64,000 bases of DNA from the NCBI GenBank assembly GCA_035446965.1, contig DAOTGE010000002.1:12715-76714 (forward strand). Reading direction: 5' to 3'. Each line of letters begins with the position of its first letter. Position 1 is the first letter of the stretch. Shown here piece after piece: positions 55,285 through 64,000 of the stretch. The translations under genes and the position numbers were made by a program. A model generated the notes under the pieces. It worked only from the letters and a program-made list of their open reading frames with translations, had not been told where the DNA came from and did not search any database. This DNA comes from Eubacteriales bacterium. Its GTDB lineage: Bacteria > Bacillota > Clostridia > Christensenellales > CAG-138.

Positions 55285-56574
55285 ATGAAACTGGCGGTTG
55301 CCGGAACGGGATATGTCGGGCTTGTCGCGGGCGTGTGCTTTGCGGAAAAAGGGCACGCGGTCACGTGTGTCGATGTGGACGAAGAGAAGGTCGCGCGCTT
55401 AAGCGCAGGGGAATCGCCCATCTACGAAGCCGGACTTGAGGAGCTGCTCAAAAAAAATCTTGCCGCAGGAAGACTGCTTTTTACGACGGACTATAAAAGC
55501 GCCTATGCGGATGCGGACGCCGTTTTCATCGGGGTTGGGACGCCGGAACTGCCGGACGGCAGCGCGAATCTTTCCTATATTGCGGCGGTCTGCCGCGAAA
55601 TTGCCGAGAGCGTGACGCGCGACTGCCTGGTCGTTGTGAAATCCACCGTTCCGGTCGGCACGAACGATAAGGTTGAGCAGTATATCAAGGACAATCTCTT
55701 GCAGAACGTGACCGTGCGCGTGGCGAGCAACCCGGAATTCCTTGCGCAGGGCAACGCCGTGAACGATACCATGCATGCAACGCGGATCATCATCGGCACG
55801 GAGGACGAAAAAGCGGAAGAACTGCTGCGCGAAATCTATGCGCCGTTCGGCCTGCCGATCGTTTCGGTTTCGCGCCGCTCGGCGGAGATGATCAAGTACG
55901 CCTGCAACAACTTCCTTGCGCTCAAGATTTCTTATATGAACGACATTGCGAACCTCTGCGAGATGGTCGGCGCGAGCGTTGACGACGTGGCCGAGGGCAT
56001 GCGATACGATCCGCGCATCGGCGCGAATTTTTTGCGCGCGGGCGTCGGCTACGGCGGCAGCTGTTTCCCGAAAGACACCAAGGCGCTGCGGTTTCTGGCG
56101 CAGCAGCACGGCTACAATCTGCGCACCGTGAACGCGGCGGTGGAGATCAACGCCGAGCAGAAGACAAGGCTGTTTGAAAAGGCGAAGAAGCGCTTTATGA
56201 CGTTCGAGTGCATGAAAGTTGCGGTGCTTGGCCTTGCGTTCAAGCCGGGCACGGACGACCTGCGCGAAGCGCCTTCGCTGGACAACGTGCGGCTGCTGAT
56301 CGAGCACGGCGCACAGGTGACCTGCTACGACCCTGTGGCCGCGGAGAACTTCCACCGGCGTTTCCCGGACGTGAAACTCGCGTCCAGCGCCGAGGAAGCG
56401 CTGGACGGTGCGTTCTGCTGCTTTGTGTTTACGGAGTGGGACGAAATCAAGCGGCTTAAACCGGAAATATTCTGCAAAAAAATGCGTGTGCCGCTGGTAT
56501 ACGACGGACGGAACATTTTCGACCCGGAAACGATGCGCCGCGGCGGCGTGGAATACTATTCGATCGGCAGGTAA
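55285..56574 (+). CDS. ugd: UDP-glucose 6-dehydrogenase
   Basis: MKLAVAGTGYVGLV Rossmann motif and catalytic GYGGSCFPKDTKAL. The ATG at 55285 follows AGGAGGAG. Confidence 0.9.
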   Translation: MKLAVAGTGYVGLVAGVCFAEKGHAVTCVDVDEEKVARLSAGESPIYEAGLEELLKKNLAAGRLLFTTDYKSAYADADAVFIGVGTPELPDGSANLSYIAAVCREIAESVTRDCLVVVKSTVPVGTNDKVEQYIKDNLLQNVTVRVASNPEFLAQGNAVNDTMHATRIIIGTEDEKAEELLREIYAPFGLPIVSVSRRSAEMIKYACNNFLALKISYMNDIANLCEMVGASVDDVAEGMRYDPRIGANFLRAGVGYGGSCFPKDTKALRFLAQQHGYNLRTVNAAVEINAEQKTRLFEKAKKRFMTFECMKVAVLGLAFKPGTDDLREAPSLDNVRLLIEHGAQVTCYDPVAAENFHRRFPDVKLASSAEEALDGAFCCFVFTEWDEIKRLKPEIFCKKMRVPLVYDGRNIFDPETMRRGGVEYYSIGR

Positions 56575-57585
56575 TTGCGCTTGATAACGGAAAAAACGAA
56601 ACGACCGATTTTGGTCACCGGCGCGGCCGGATTCATTGGCTATCACCTTTGCAAACGGCTGCTTGAAAGCGGCTTTTCGGTTGCGGGCGCGGACAGTATC
56701 AACGACTATTACGATCCCGCGCTGAAGCAGGCGCGCCTAAGCGAACTGCAAAAACACGACGCGTTTTCCTTTACGAAAGGCGATCTTGCCGACGCGGCGG
56801 TGGTGGACGCGCTGTTTTCGTCCGTGCAGCCGGAGGTCGTTGTGCATCTGGCCGCGCAGGCGGGCGTGCGCTACAGCATCGACAACCCGCGTGCGTACAT
56901 CGAAAGCAACGTCCTGGGCTTTTTCAATATCCTCGAAGCGGCGCGCAGGTATCCGCTGAAGCACCTGCTCTACGCTTCCAGTTCTTCGGTATACGGCAAC
57001 CGTGAAAAAACGCCGTTCTCCGTTGAAGACCGGGTCGACCGTCCGATTTCGCTCTATGCCGCGACCAAGAAGAGCAACGAACTGTTTGCGTATACATATT
57101 CGCATCTTTACGGCGTTCCAGCAACGGGGCTGCGTTTCTTCACGGTGTATGGCCCGTTCGGCAGGCCGGACATGGCGTACTTCAAGTTTACCAAAGCAAT
57201 TTTTGAAGGCGAAACGATCGATATTTACAATAACGGCGATCTTTTGCGGGACTTTACGTATATTGGCGACGTGGTTTCGTGTGTGGAGCGCATGCTTTTT
57301 TCACCGCCGGCGGCGGATGAAAAGAACGATCGTTACGCGGTGTACAACATCGGCAACAACCACCCTGAAAAGCTCATGGACTTCATTGAAACGCTGGAAA
57401 AAGCCGCGGGCATTCCTGCAAGGAAGCGCTTTTTGCCCATGCAGCCCGGGGACGTTTATCAGACCTGCGCGGACATAACGGAGACGGCGCGGGACTTTGG
57501 CTTTTCACCGGAAACGCCAATCTCAAAAGGACTGCCGGAATTTGTGGAGTGGTATGGAAACTATTATAAAATCAAGCGGCACTGA
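56575..57585 (+). CDS. NAD-dependent UDP-glucuronate 4-epimerase-like SDR
   Basis: VTGAAGFIGYHL, SSSSVYG, YAATKKSNE (YxxxK), RFFTVYGPFGRPDMA. TTG start directly after the ugd stop; the exact start is uncertain. Confidence 0.8.
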   Translation: MRLITEKTKRPILVTGAAGFIGYHLCKRLLESGFSVAGADSINDYYDPALKQARLSELQKHDAFSFTKGDLADAAVVDALFSSVQPEVVVHLAAQAGVRYSIDNPRAYIESNVLGFFNILEAARRYPLKHLLYASSSSVYGNREKTPFSVEDRVDRPISLYAATKKSNELFAYTYSHLYGVPATGLRFFTVYGPFGRPDMAYFKFTKAIFEGETIDIYNNGDLLRDFTYIGDVVSCVERMLFSPPAADEKNDRYAVYNIGNNHPEKLMDFIETLEKAAGIPARKRFLPMQPGDVYQTCADITETARDFGFSPETPISKGLPEFVEWYGNYYKIKRH

Positions 57586-57622
57586 AAGCCGTTTTAAACG
57601 AAAGAAACGGAATGGGGAACGG

Positions 57623-58255
57623 ATGGTAGGATTCTATAACTACACGGTCATACTGACCTATTTGGGGGTTGCGAGCGCGGTCACCGGCATGGGGCTCGCA
57701 ATGTACGGCAGAACGTCCATGGCGATTGTTTGCCTGATGATTTCCGGGTTCTGCGACCTCTTCGACGGGTCGATTGCCAAAACGCGCAAACGCACCGAGC
57801 CGGAAAAGAAATTCGGCATCCAGATCGATTCCCTTGCAGACATGATCTGTTTCGGGCTGCTGCCCGCTGCAATCGGCTTTTCGATCGGCCTGACGCATTG
57901 GTACGAAACCGTTGCGCTGATTGCATACGTGCTGGCCGCGCTGATCCGGCTTGCATATTACAACGTAACGGAAGACGAACTGCAGTTTTCGGAGAAGACG
58001 GCGCGCGAGTATTACGACGGGCTGCCGGTGACGACCGTTGCGCTGATCATCCCGCTGATTTACACGCTGCGACCGGTGATGAAGAGCGGATTTCTTTTGA
58101 TGTATGCGATCTGCCTGCTGCTGATCGCCGTTGCATTTCTCGTGAAATTTAAAGTGCGCAAACTCGGCATGAAAGGCATGATCGCCGCGGCGCTGGCCGG
58201 CGCAATGATCCTTGCGTTTCTGATCGTCGGCTGGAACTGCGTCGGCGCGGTGTAA
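57623..58255 (+). CDS. CDP-alcohol phosphatidyltransferase family protein (phosphatidylserine-synthase-like)
   Basis: DLFDGSIAKT...GIQIDSLADMICFG fits the D-x2-D-G-x2-A-(R/K)...G-x3-D-x3-D motif. 6 TM segments. Start at the ATG at 57623. Confidence 0.75.
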   Translation: MVGFYNYTVILTYLGVASAVTGMGLAMYGRTSMAIVCLMISGFCDLFDGSIAKTRKRTEPEKKFGIQIDSLADMICFGLLPAAIGFSIGLTHWYETVALIAYVLAALIRLAYYNVTEDELQFSEKTAREYYDGLPVTTVALIIPLIYTLRPVMKSGFLLMYAICLLLIAVAFLVKFKVRKLGMKGMIAAALAGAMILAFLIVGWNCVGAV

Positions 58256-58277
58256 AGTTTTACCAAGAAAACAACAT

Positions 58278-58307
58278 AAAAAGGCGCTTTTTCAGGCGCT
58301 TTTTTTG
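58278..58307 (+). terminator. Intrinsic terminator
   Basis: AAAAAGGCGC-tttttcag-GCGCTTTTTTT. Confidence 0.6.
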
Positions 58308-58379
58308 TGTTAAACGGTCAATCACAAGCAAATTAGTGGTATACTAGGCAAAGCAAACAAACGGGAGGCAGGGAAACGA

Positions 58380-58868
58380 ATGAAGAAATATGCCGCGCTG
58401 AAAGGCGCTTTACAGCCGACGCCCAGGATTATCGTCACCGTGCGGGACAGGGCGGGACAGGACAACGCGCTGGTCGTCGCATACTGCGGAAACTGCAGCT
58501 ATGATCCGCCGATGATCATGGTCGGCGTTGTGCCGAGCCGCTTTTCCTATCATATGATCAAAGAAAACGGCGCGTTCGTCGCACACCTGGTCAAAAAGGA
58601 TCAAACAGCTCTCTACGAATGCTGCGGCAAACAGAGCGGGTCCGACGGGGACAAGCTCAAGAAAGTCGGCGCAAAGATGAAAAACGCGGACAAGGTCAAC
58701 GCCGCCGTCCTGGAGGAGTGCCCGGTTGCGATCGAATGCACGGTCGTCGATTCAATCATGACCGGTTCGCACGAAATGTTCATCGGCAAGGTGGAGTGTG
58801 TGCACGCCGAGGAAGAACTGCTCAAACCCGACGGCACGATCGACTTTGGCAAGCTCGATCTGATGTAA
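58380..58868 (+). CDS. Flavin reductase-like FMN-binding split-barrel protein
   Basis: 162-aa protein. Pattern ...VVAYCGNCSYDPPMIMVGV...HMIKENGAFVAHL...HEMFIGKV is typical of the flavin reductase family. Confidence 0.75.
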   Translation: MKKYAALKGALQPTPRIIVTVRDRAGQDNALVVAYCGNCSYDPPMIMVGVVPSRFSYHMIKENGAFVAHLVKKDQTALYECCGKQSGSDGDKLKKVGAKMKNADKVNAAVLEECPVAIECTVVDSIMTGSHEMFIGKVECVHAEEELLKPDGTIDFGKLDLM

Positions 58869-58934
58869 CGCATACGGAAAAGAAAAACCGGAGCCGTCTC
58901 GACGGCTCCGGTTTTTTTGCAATGTTTTGCGAAT

Positions 58935-59321
58935 TTACGAAAGCGCTTCGGCGAAAAATGCTGCGACTGCACTATATGCCGTCTGAACCGCGCCGGCCGC
59001 CGCTTCCCAGTAAAAATCGTAAACGGCAAGTGCGTCTTCGGGGACGGCGTTGCGGATGCTCTGCAAAACCGCGTAGATTGTTGCGTGATTCGGGTCGTGC
59101 GCATAGGCGGTGCTGTCCAAAATGGCGAGCACGAGCACCACGACGACGGCAAGGACAAGCATCGTTCCGATGAAGCGGAACAGCCCGGCAAGCACGCCGC
59201 CGCGCGCGCCCGGACGGCGGGAAGCGCCGTATTCCGCACCGCAGAACGGACAGTACGCGCCGCGAAAGCGTGCGCCGCACCGTTTGCAGACATGTGCTTT
59301 TTTTCGGGAATGTGCCGCCAT
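58935..59321 (-). CDS. Zinc-ribbon / single-TM hypothetical protein
   Basis: CKRCGARFRGAYCPFCG zinc ribbon followed by the TM helix LFRFIGTMLVLAVVVVLVLAIL. Confidence 0.5.
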   Translation of the reverse strand: MAAHSRKKAHVCKRCGARFRGAYCPFCGAEYGASRRPGARGGVLAGLFRFIGTMLVLAVVVVLVLAILDSTAYAHDPNHATIYAVLQSIRNAVPEDALAVYDFYWEAAAGAVQTAYSAVAAFFAEALS

Positions 59322-59352
59322 ACGAATGTCCTGTTCGGTCGTTTGAATTTGG

Positions 59353-60111
59353 TTACGCTTTGCCGGACGCGTTTTTCAGCAGTTCCAGTGCCTCTTTTTT
59401 GCGGATTACGTGGCAGGCCGGATTCTGAAAGTCGTTTTCCGGGCAGTAACCCAGCGAAACGCAGCTTGGGCCTGCGTCCTCAAACAGCGCGGGACATGCT
59501 TCCTTGCAAAGACGGAGCATTTTCCAGGCCAGATCGCGTATCTCCGTCTGCGCGTTCATGCAGCAGCGGATTTTGAACCAGTCGAGCAGCGCGTGCGCAT
59601 TCATGCCGATGAGCGCCTTAAATTCCGTCGCCTGCGGCTTGAGATAGCGCAGTTCCTCTTCCTTGTAGCCCGCGTCCACGCCCGTGTTATACCATTCTTC
59701 GAGCATGCCGAGAAGATCGGCGGCTCCAAGCGAAACCTTTTCGCCGCCCGGCAGGGTGCAATCTGCGCGGTGGTCGAGAATCGCGTCCGGAAGGACGACA
59801 TCGTAGGAACGTTTGCCGTGCTTTTCCGCGCGGCCGCTCTTAATGAGATAGCTCGCGATGCGCTTGCGCACCAGCTGCACTTCGGTCACGCGGGAATATC
59901 CTTCCACGCCGAAGAGAAAATAGTCGAATTCGGTCGCCGCGAGGTGGCCTTTTTCAACGATGCTGCGCACAAGCTTTTCGTTGTATGGCGAGGCGATGAT
60001 TTCGCCCAGGCTGCGCTCGCTGCGCGTGAAGCGCGCGGCGACGTCCGTATACACCTTCCCGCCGCCTGCAAGCAGCACGACGGTGCCGTCGCCGACTCGT
60101 TTTTGATTCAT
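59353..60111 (-). CDS. thyX: ThyX-family (FAD-dependent thymidylate synthase-like) protein with divergent signature and Cys-rich tail
   Basis: EKGHLAATEF...QLVRKRIASYLIKSGR aligns by eye with the ThyX RHRxxSxxxxSxRY motif, and IRCCMNAQTEIRDLA with the second conserved block. Overlaps the dCMP deaminase gene by 4 nt. Confidence 0.65.
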   Translation of the reverse strand: MNQKRVGDGTVVLLAGGGKVYTDVAARFTRSERSLGEIIASPYNEKLVRSIVEKGHLAATEFDYFLFGVEGYSRVTEVQLVRKRIASYLIKSGRAEKHGKRSYDVVLPDAILDHRADCTLPGGEKVSLGAADLLGMLEEWYNTGVDAGYKEEELRYLKPQATEFKALIGMNAHALLDWFKIRCCMNAQTEIRDLAWKMLRLCKEACPALFEDAGPSCVSLGYCPENDFQNPACHVIRKKEALELLKNASGKA

Positions 60112-60533
60112 AGTTTCACTTCTCCCTGGGCGTTAACGACCTTCGCAATGCCCGCGTTTTTAATCAGCCGCGTGCACATCACGCACGGCACCGGCGCTTC
60201 GATCGGGCGGTCGAATCCCCCCTCGAATCCGGAAAGATAGATCGTGCTGCCGATCATTTCGTTACGGCTTGCGCTGATGATGGCGTTCGCCTCAGCATGG
60301 ACCGCGACGCATTTTTCATACTGCTCGCCATGAGGGATGTTGTTGCGCTCGCGCCAGCAGGCGCCTTCGTCGCAGCAGTTGGGGTCTCCGCGCGGCGCGC
60401 CGTTATAACCGGTGGCCACGATTTCGTCGTTTTTAACGATGACCGCGCCGTACTGCCGCCGAAGGCAGGTCGAGCGTCTTGCTACCGCCGCCGCGATGGC
60501 GAGGTAATATGCGTCTTTCCCGATTCGTTCCAT
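60108..60533 (-). CDS. Deoxycytidylate (dCMP) deaminase
   Basis: CVAVHAEANAI and PCVMCTRLI zinc motifs. Start at the ATG at 60533 (MERIGKDAYYL), which has an AAGGAG RBS. Confidence 0.85.
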   Translation of the reverse strand: MERIGKDAYYLAIAAAVARRSTCLRRQYGAVIVKNDEIVATGYNGAPRGDPNCCDEGACWRERNNIPHGEQYEKCVAVHAEANAIISASRNEMIGSTIYLSGFEGGFDRPIEAPVPCVMCTRLIKNAGIAKVVNAQGEVKL

Positions 60534-60702
60534 TGTCTCACTCCTTTTGTTGTATTTTCGCATAAGCGCACGCAAGCGTCAAGGACACGCGCCGCCGAAC
60601 GGACGAAATTTCGACCTGCCTGCCGCTGTGCATAAAAAAGCGCCGTGCATGACACGACGCTCTTTTGAGGCCTGAAATAAATTTGCCGGGAAAGGCGGCG
60701 CG

Positions 60703-62109
60703 TCAGGCGTCGATAACGCGCGTGGTCGCCGGGGACAGCGGTTTGATGCGCGTGCGGTAAATATGCACGAACAGGAACAGGGCAAATATAACGGTGCATC
60801 CCTCCGCAGCAGGGAACGCCCACCAAACGGCGTTGACCTGACCGACCACCTTGGCGAGCACCCACGCGACCGGCACGAGCACGACGAGCGAACGCGCAAG
60901 CGAAAGGTACATGCTGAACGACCCTTTGCCGATGGACTGAAACATGACCGAACAGCAGATCGTGACGACCGAGATCGGCAGTCCCAGCGGGATGATGGTC
61001 AGCGCGGCGCGGCCGATCTGCAGCATGTCGCTCGAAGCGTTGAACAGCGAAAGAATCTGGTCCGGCAGCAGCAGCATCAGCGACGTCATAACGATCATCA
61101 GCACGAGGCCGGAGATCAGTGTGAGTTTCCAGGTGCGCATCATGCGCTTCTGGTTGCATGCGCCGTAGTTATAGGCAATGATGCTCATTGCCGCGTTCGT
61201 TTCGCCGAAGAGCGGCATATAGGCGATGGACTGCACCTTGAAATACACGCCGAACACCGCGACCGCCGTTTCACTGAAGACGATCAGGATCGCGTTGAGC
61301 GTAAGCGTCATCACCGTGCCGATGGCCTGCAGCACGATGGTCGGGAAGCCGACTTCATAGATGCCTTTGACGATCTTCGGATCGGGCCGGAACCCTTTGA
61401 AGGTCAGGCGAACTTCGTTCTTTTTGCCGAGGATGACGAAGAGCGAAAACAGCATGGCGACCATCTGCCCGCCGACGGTTGCAATTGCCGCGCCGGCGAT
61501 GCCGAGCTTTGGAAAGCCACAGAGGCCGAAAATCAGAATCGGATCGAAAACGATGTTGACCACCGCGCCGACCAGCTGCATGAGCATCGCATACAGGTTT
61601 TTGCCCTGGGACTGCATGATGCGTTCGCAGAAAACCTGAATGAACAATCCGATGCAGAACGTGCAGATAATGGAAAGATAGGTCGCGCCGTACGCCGCGG
61701 TCTCCGCAACGTCCGTATAGGCGGCGATAAACGGCTTTGCGCCGAAGATGCCGAAAAGCACGAAAACCAGCGAGGAAAGCACCATGACGATAAAGCCGTT
61801 GCTCGCGGCTTTTTCAGCTTCCTCAAAGCGCTTGGCGCCGAGTCGGCGGGAAATCAGCGAGTTGATGCCGACGCCGGTGCCGACCGCAACAGCGATCATC
61901 AGCATGAAAATTGGGTAGGCGAGCGTTACCGCAGTCAGCGCGCTTTCGTCGATATACGAAACGAACACGCTGTCCACGATGTTGTAGAGCGCTTGCGTGA
62001 GCATGGACAGCGCCAGCGGCACGCCCATGGAAAAAAGCAGTCTGCCTTCCGGCAGGACGCCCATTTTATTCGGTTGCGAACTCTGTGTGCGATTCAGTTT
62101 TTCTTCCAT
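60703..62109 (-). CDS. MATE-family multidrug/toxin efflux transporter
   Basis: 468 aa, 12 TM segments. Internal repeat with the typical MATE N-terminus (PLALSMLTQALYNIVDSVFV). Confidence 0.9.
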   Translation of the reverse strand: MEEKLNRTQSSQPNKMGVLPEGRLLFSMGVPLALSMLTQALYNIVDSVFVSYIDESALTAVTLAYPIFMLMIAVAVGTGVGINSLISRRLGAKRFEEAEKAASNGFIVMVLSSLVFVLFGIFGAKPFIAAYTDVAETAAYGATYLSIICTFCIGLFIQVFCERIMQSQGKNLYAMLMQLVGAVVNIVFDPILIFGLCGFPKLGIAGAAIATVGGQMVAMLFSLFVILGKKNEVRLTFKGFRPDPKIVKGIYEVGFPTIVLQAIGTVMTLTLNAILIVFSETAVAVFGVYFKVQSIAYMPLFGETNAAMSIIAYNYGACNQKRMMRTWKLTLISGLVLMIVMTSLMLLLPDQILSLFNASSDMLQIGRAALTIIPLGLPISVVTICCSVMFQSIGKGSFSMYLSLARSLVVLVPVAWVLAKVVGQVNAVWWAFPAAEGCTVIFALFLFVHIYRTRIKPLSPATTRVIDA

Positions 62110-62201
62110 AACGGAAATGGATTATATCATGAATAAATATTTAAAGCAACGAAAAGAAAAGCGCGGATTTTCCGGCGCCGCGTTTGCGGCGGAAATGGCG
62201 T

Positions 62202-62744
62202 TCAGCCGAGCAAATCCATCGTTTCGGCGAGGTTTTCGACCGCAACTCCGCAGTCGTATGCGTAGTTGACCGTATAAAGCGTTCCGCCGCGCATGCGGCG
62301 CAGGTATGCGATGCAGCGGGTTGCATGGTCCACCAAATACCGGTTGCGCCGGCGCATGGAGGCGGGACTGCAGGTTTCGGCCGCGTACCAGACGCGCGCG
62401 CCCGCCGCGGCAAGGATTGCATCATAGCGTGTGCGGTCGGCTTCCGGCCAGTCGCCGGCCTGATCGCGCCCGGGGAGCGCAAGGCAGAGAACGACGTCCG
62501 GATCGTCCGCTCCAAGGCGAAGCACGGCCTCCGCGGCCAGGGTGTCGAAGCCGCGCGCGCCGCCCGCAAAAAAGCAGGTGAATCCTTCGTCGCGTGCGCG
62601 CGATACTGCGGATTCCAGCAAATCGCCGAGCATCTGCATGCCCGGCCGGGTTTCATCGCCGCGCTCCGGCAGCGCCTCGGGGCGGTGTCCGGTAAAGCAG
62701 CAGCAGTTTTCACGCAAAGCGGTATAATCAAACGGGTTTTGCAT
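62202..62744 (-). CDS. SLOG-superfamily DUF1273 (YpsA-like) protein
   Basis: CCFTGHRPE, FFAGGARGFDTLAAE, GGTLYTV. Start at the ATG at 62744 (MQNPFDY). Confidence 0.7.
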   Translation of the reverse strand: MQNPFDYTALRENCCCFTGHRPEALPERGDETRPGMQMLGDLLESAVSRARDEGFTCFFAGGARGFDTLAAEAVLRLGADDPDVVLCLALPGRDQAGDWPEADRTRYDAILAAAGARVWYAAETCSPASMRRRNRYLVDHATRCIAYLRRMRGGTLYTVNYAYDCGVAVENLAETMDLLG

Positions 62745-63600
62745 CCATCCTCCTCGGGCCAATCAGCCGGAACGCTTCTGCGGCGTCGCCGGTTTGCATG
62801 GCGGAAAGCGCCGCTTCCAAAAGAGCGGGCGCTTCCCTGCAGGCGTGGTCAAACAGGTCGGGGAACGACTCCGTCCGCGGCGTGTCCGCCGCCCAGGGCG
62901 AGCGCCATTCGGCGTGTTTGAGGTTCAGGCGGTCGTCCGGGTTCGGATGATGCGCAACTAAAAAACACGTTAGTTTGCCCGGCTTGCGGAACAGACGTTC
63001 CAGCGCGCCGAAAAAGCGGAGTTTGCGGTTCTTGGGATCGTAGGAAACCGTATTGACAAGAATCCATTTGCGCAGGCTTCTTGCAAAAGCGCCTTTGGTC
63101 GCCAACCGGGAAGATACCATAAAGAAATTTTCGTGCAGCTCATCCAACTCGCGGACGCGCTTCGTGCGGTAAAACCGTTTTGGCGGAGCGGGTACGCCGG
63201 GGAATCGTACGCGGTCGGTCATCATCAGATCGAACTGAATCTCCGCAGGCGTATGCGCTTTTCCCGGGAAACGTGCCTCGATATATGGGTGCGCGGTCGT
63301 ATCCAGCAGAAAATGGCAGAGAAAGCCGAGCGTATAAGCCGTCAGCGTTTCACTTCCGGCGGCCAGACGGAACATGTGGCCAAAGAGGACGCGCGCGTCG
63401 AGCGTATGCATTTGTTCGGCCAGCGGTTCGCGGCACGGCGAAAACAGCGGCTTTGGCCTGGAGTCGCCGAAATACGGGTCCGGGCCCATGGTGCCGATCA
63501 AAAACACGTCCATGCGGCGGCGGACAAGCTCGTTCACCTGCCCGCTCGCCTGATTGAGCGCGGTCAGCCCGACCAGCGCGTGCGTAAAATTATATGGCAT
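62728..63600 (-). CDS. Zinc-dependent phospholipase C-like family protein (intracellular type)
   Basis: YNFTHALVG, GPDPYF and CHFLLDTTAHPYI histidine motifs. No signal peptide. Confidence 0.6.
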   Translation of the reverse strand: MPYNFTHALVGLTALNQASGQVNELVRRRMDVFLIGTMGPDPYFGDSRPKPLFSPCREPLAEQMHTLDARVLFGHMFRLAAGSETLTAYTLGFLCHFLLDTTAHPYIEARFPGKAHTPAEIQFDLMMTDRVRFPGVPAPPKRFYRTKRVRELDELHENFFMVSSRLATKGAFARSLRKWILVNTVSYDPKNRKLRFFGALERLFRKPGKLTCFLVAHHPNPDDRLNLKHAEWRSPWAADTPRTESFPDLFDHACREAPALLEAALSAMQTGDAAEAFRLIGPRRMDAKPV

Positions 63601-63990
63601 GGCATTATTATACGTTCAAGTGTGCCACGGGTTCAAGTACGGCGGCAAAAAAACAAAAACAGACAGTCAGGGCCGCATACGGCGCAAGGGAAGCGGCGCC
63701 GGCATGCGGCAGGGAAATAAAACGCGGAGAGCCGGGGAAAGGGCGCATCCTGCTGGAAAAACTCACATAAAACCGCAGTGCGCCGCCGGAACGGATTCAC
63801 CGGAAAGAGGTGCTGCGGTAAAATGGACACGCGCTTAAACACGCGATGCTTTTGTGTGTCTGCCGGGTGGCCAAGTGATGAATTTTTTCTAACGAAAACG
63901 TGTAAATTTTGAAAATCTTATGTTTTGCTATGGTGCTTTGTTTCTTGCACGTGTTACAATACCCTTGATAGCACGACCGAGGTGGAGAGC

Positions 63991-64000
63991 ATGAAAAAGA
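63991..64000 (+). CDS. First codons of a CDS continuing beyond the window
   Basis: ATG at 63991 (MKK...), preceded by GAGGTGGAG and an extended -10 (TGTTACAAT at 63952-63960) in a low-GC leader. Confidence 0.35.

Noticed and set aside
57623-58255. Interpreting the CDP-alcohol phosphatidyltransferase as the priming or decorating enzyme of the polysaccharide locus.
   Set aside because: Its size, topology and motif fit an ordinary phosphatidylserine-synthase-like phospholipid enzyme. Adjacency alone is insufficient, so it is kept only as a family-level call.
1-64000. CRISPR arrays, rRNA operons, transposases, integrases and prophage genes.
   Set aside because: No regularly spaced direct repeats, rRNA-like sequence or recombinase motifs were seen anywhere in the window.

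Overview
High-GC (about 60%) Firmicutes/Clostridia-like chromosomal segment; the taxon call is an inference from gene content, RBS style and sigma-A promoters. It is densely coding, with about 60 supportable CDS, one tRNA-Leu(CAA) and one clear riboswitch. No rRNA, CRISPR array, transposase or integrase is visible.

Gene order, left to right:
- degenerate GGDEF protein, GH26 mannanase lipoprotein, wecB
- LacI-controlled tctCBA operon, which unexpectedly also carries an EPSP-synthase (aroA-like) gene translationally coupled to an anion permease
- Bce-type peptide-antibiotic sensing and detoxification module (RR-HK-ABC)
- buk-ptb-iorAB-aminotransferase operon (complete oxidative amino-acid fermentation branch)
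- GH3 plus nahK-like kinase
- a 690-nt non-coding region holding a class-I c-di-GMP riboswitch with terminator, upstream of a cupin-HD-GYP phosphodiesterase whose 3' end overlaps a solo HEPN gene
- thiI-nifS, msrAB, and several small membrane proteins
- tRNA-Leu beside a low-GC islet
- gtrB-like GT2
- TetR-regulated RND pump with a roughly 250-aa coiled-coil insertion
- a 13.7-kb polysaccharide locus: 7 glycosyltransferases, TupA-like ATP-grasp, degenerate CapA-like protein, Wzx, ugd, UDP-GlcA epimerase
- thyX-like plus dCMP deaminase, MATE pump, SLOG/DUF1273 and a PLC-like protein

The most interesting items are the riboswitch/HD-GYP/HEPN module, the transporter-embedded aroA-like gene, the uronic-acid/ATP-grasp/CapA-like polysaccharide locus, the coiled-coil RND pump and a 160-bp inverted-repeat element. 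All family assignments come from motif recognition by eye; no database search was run.
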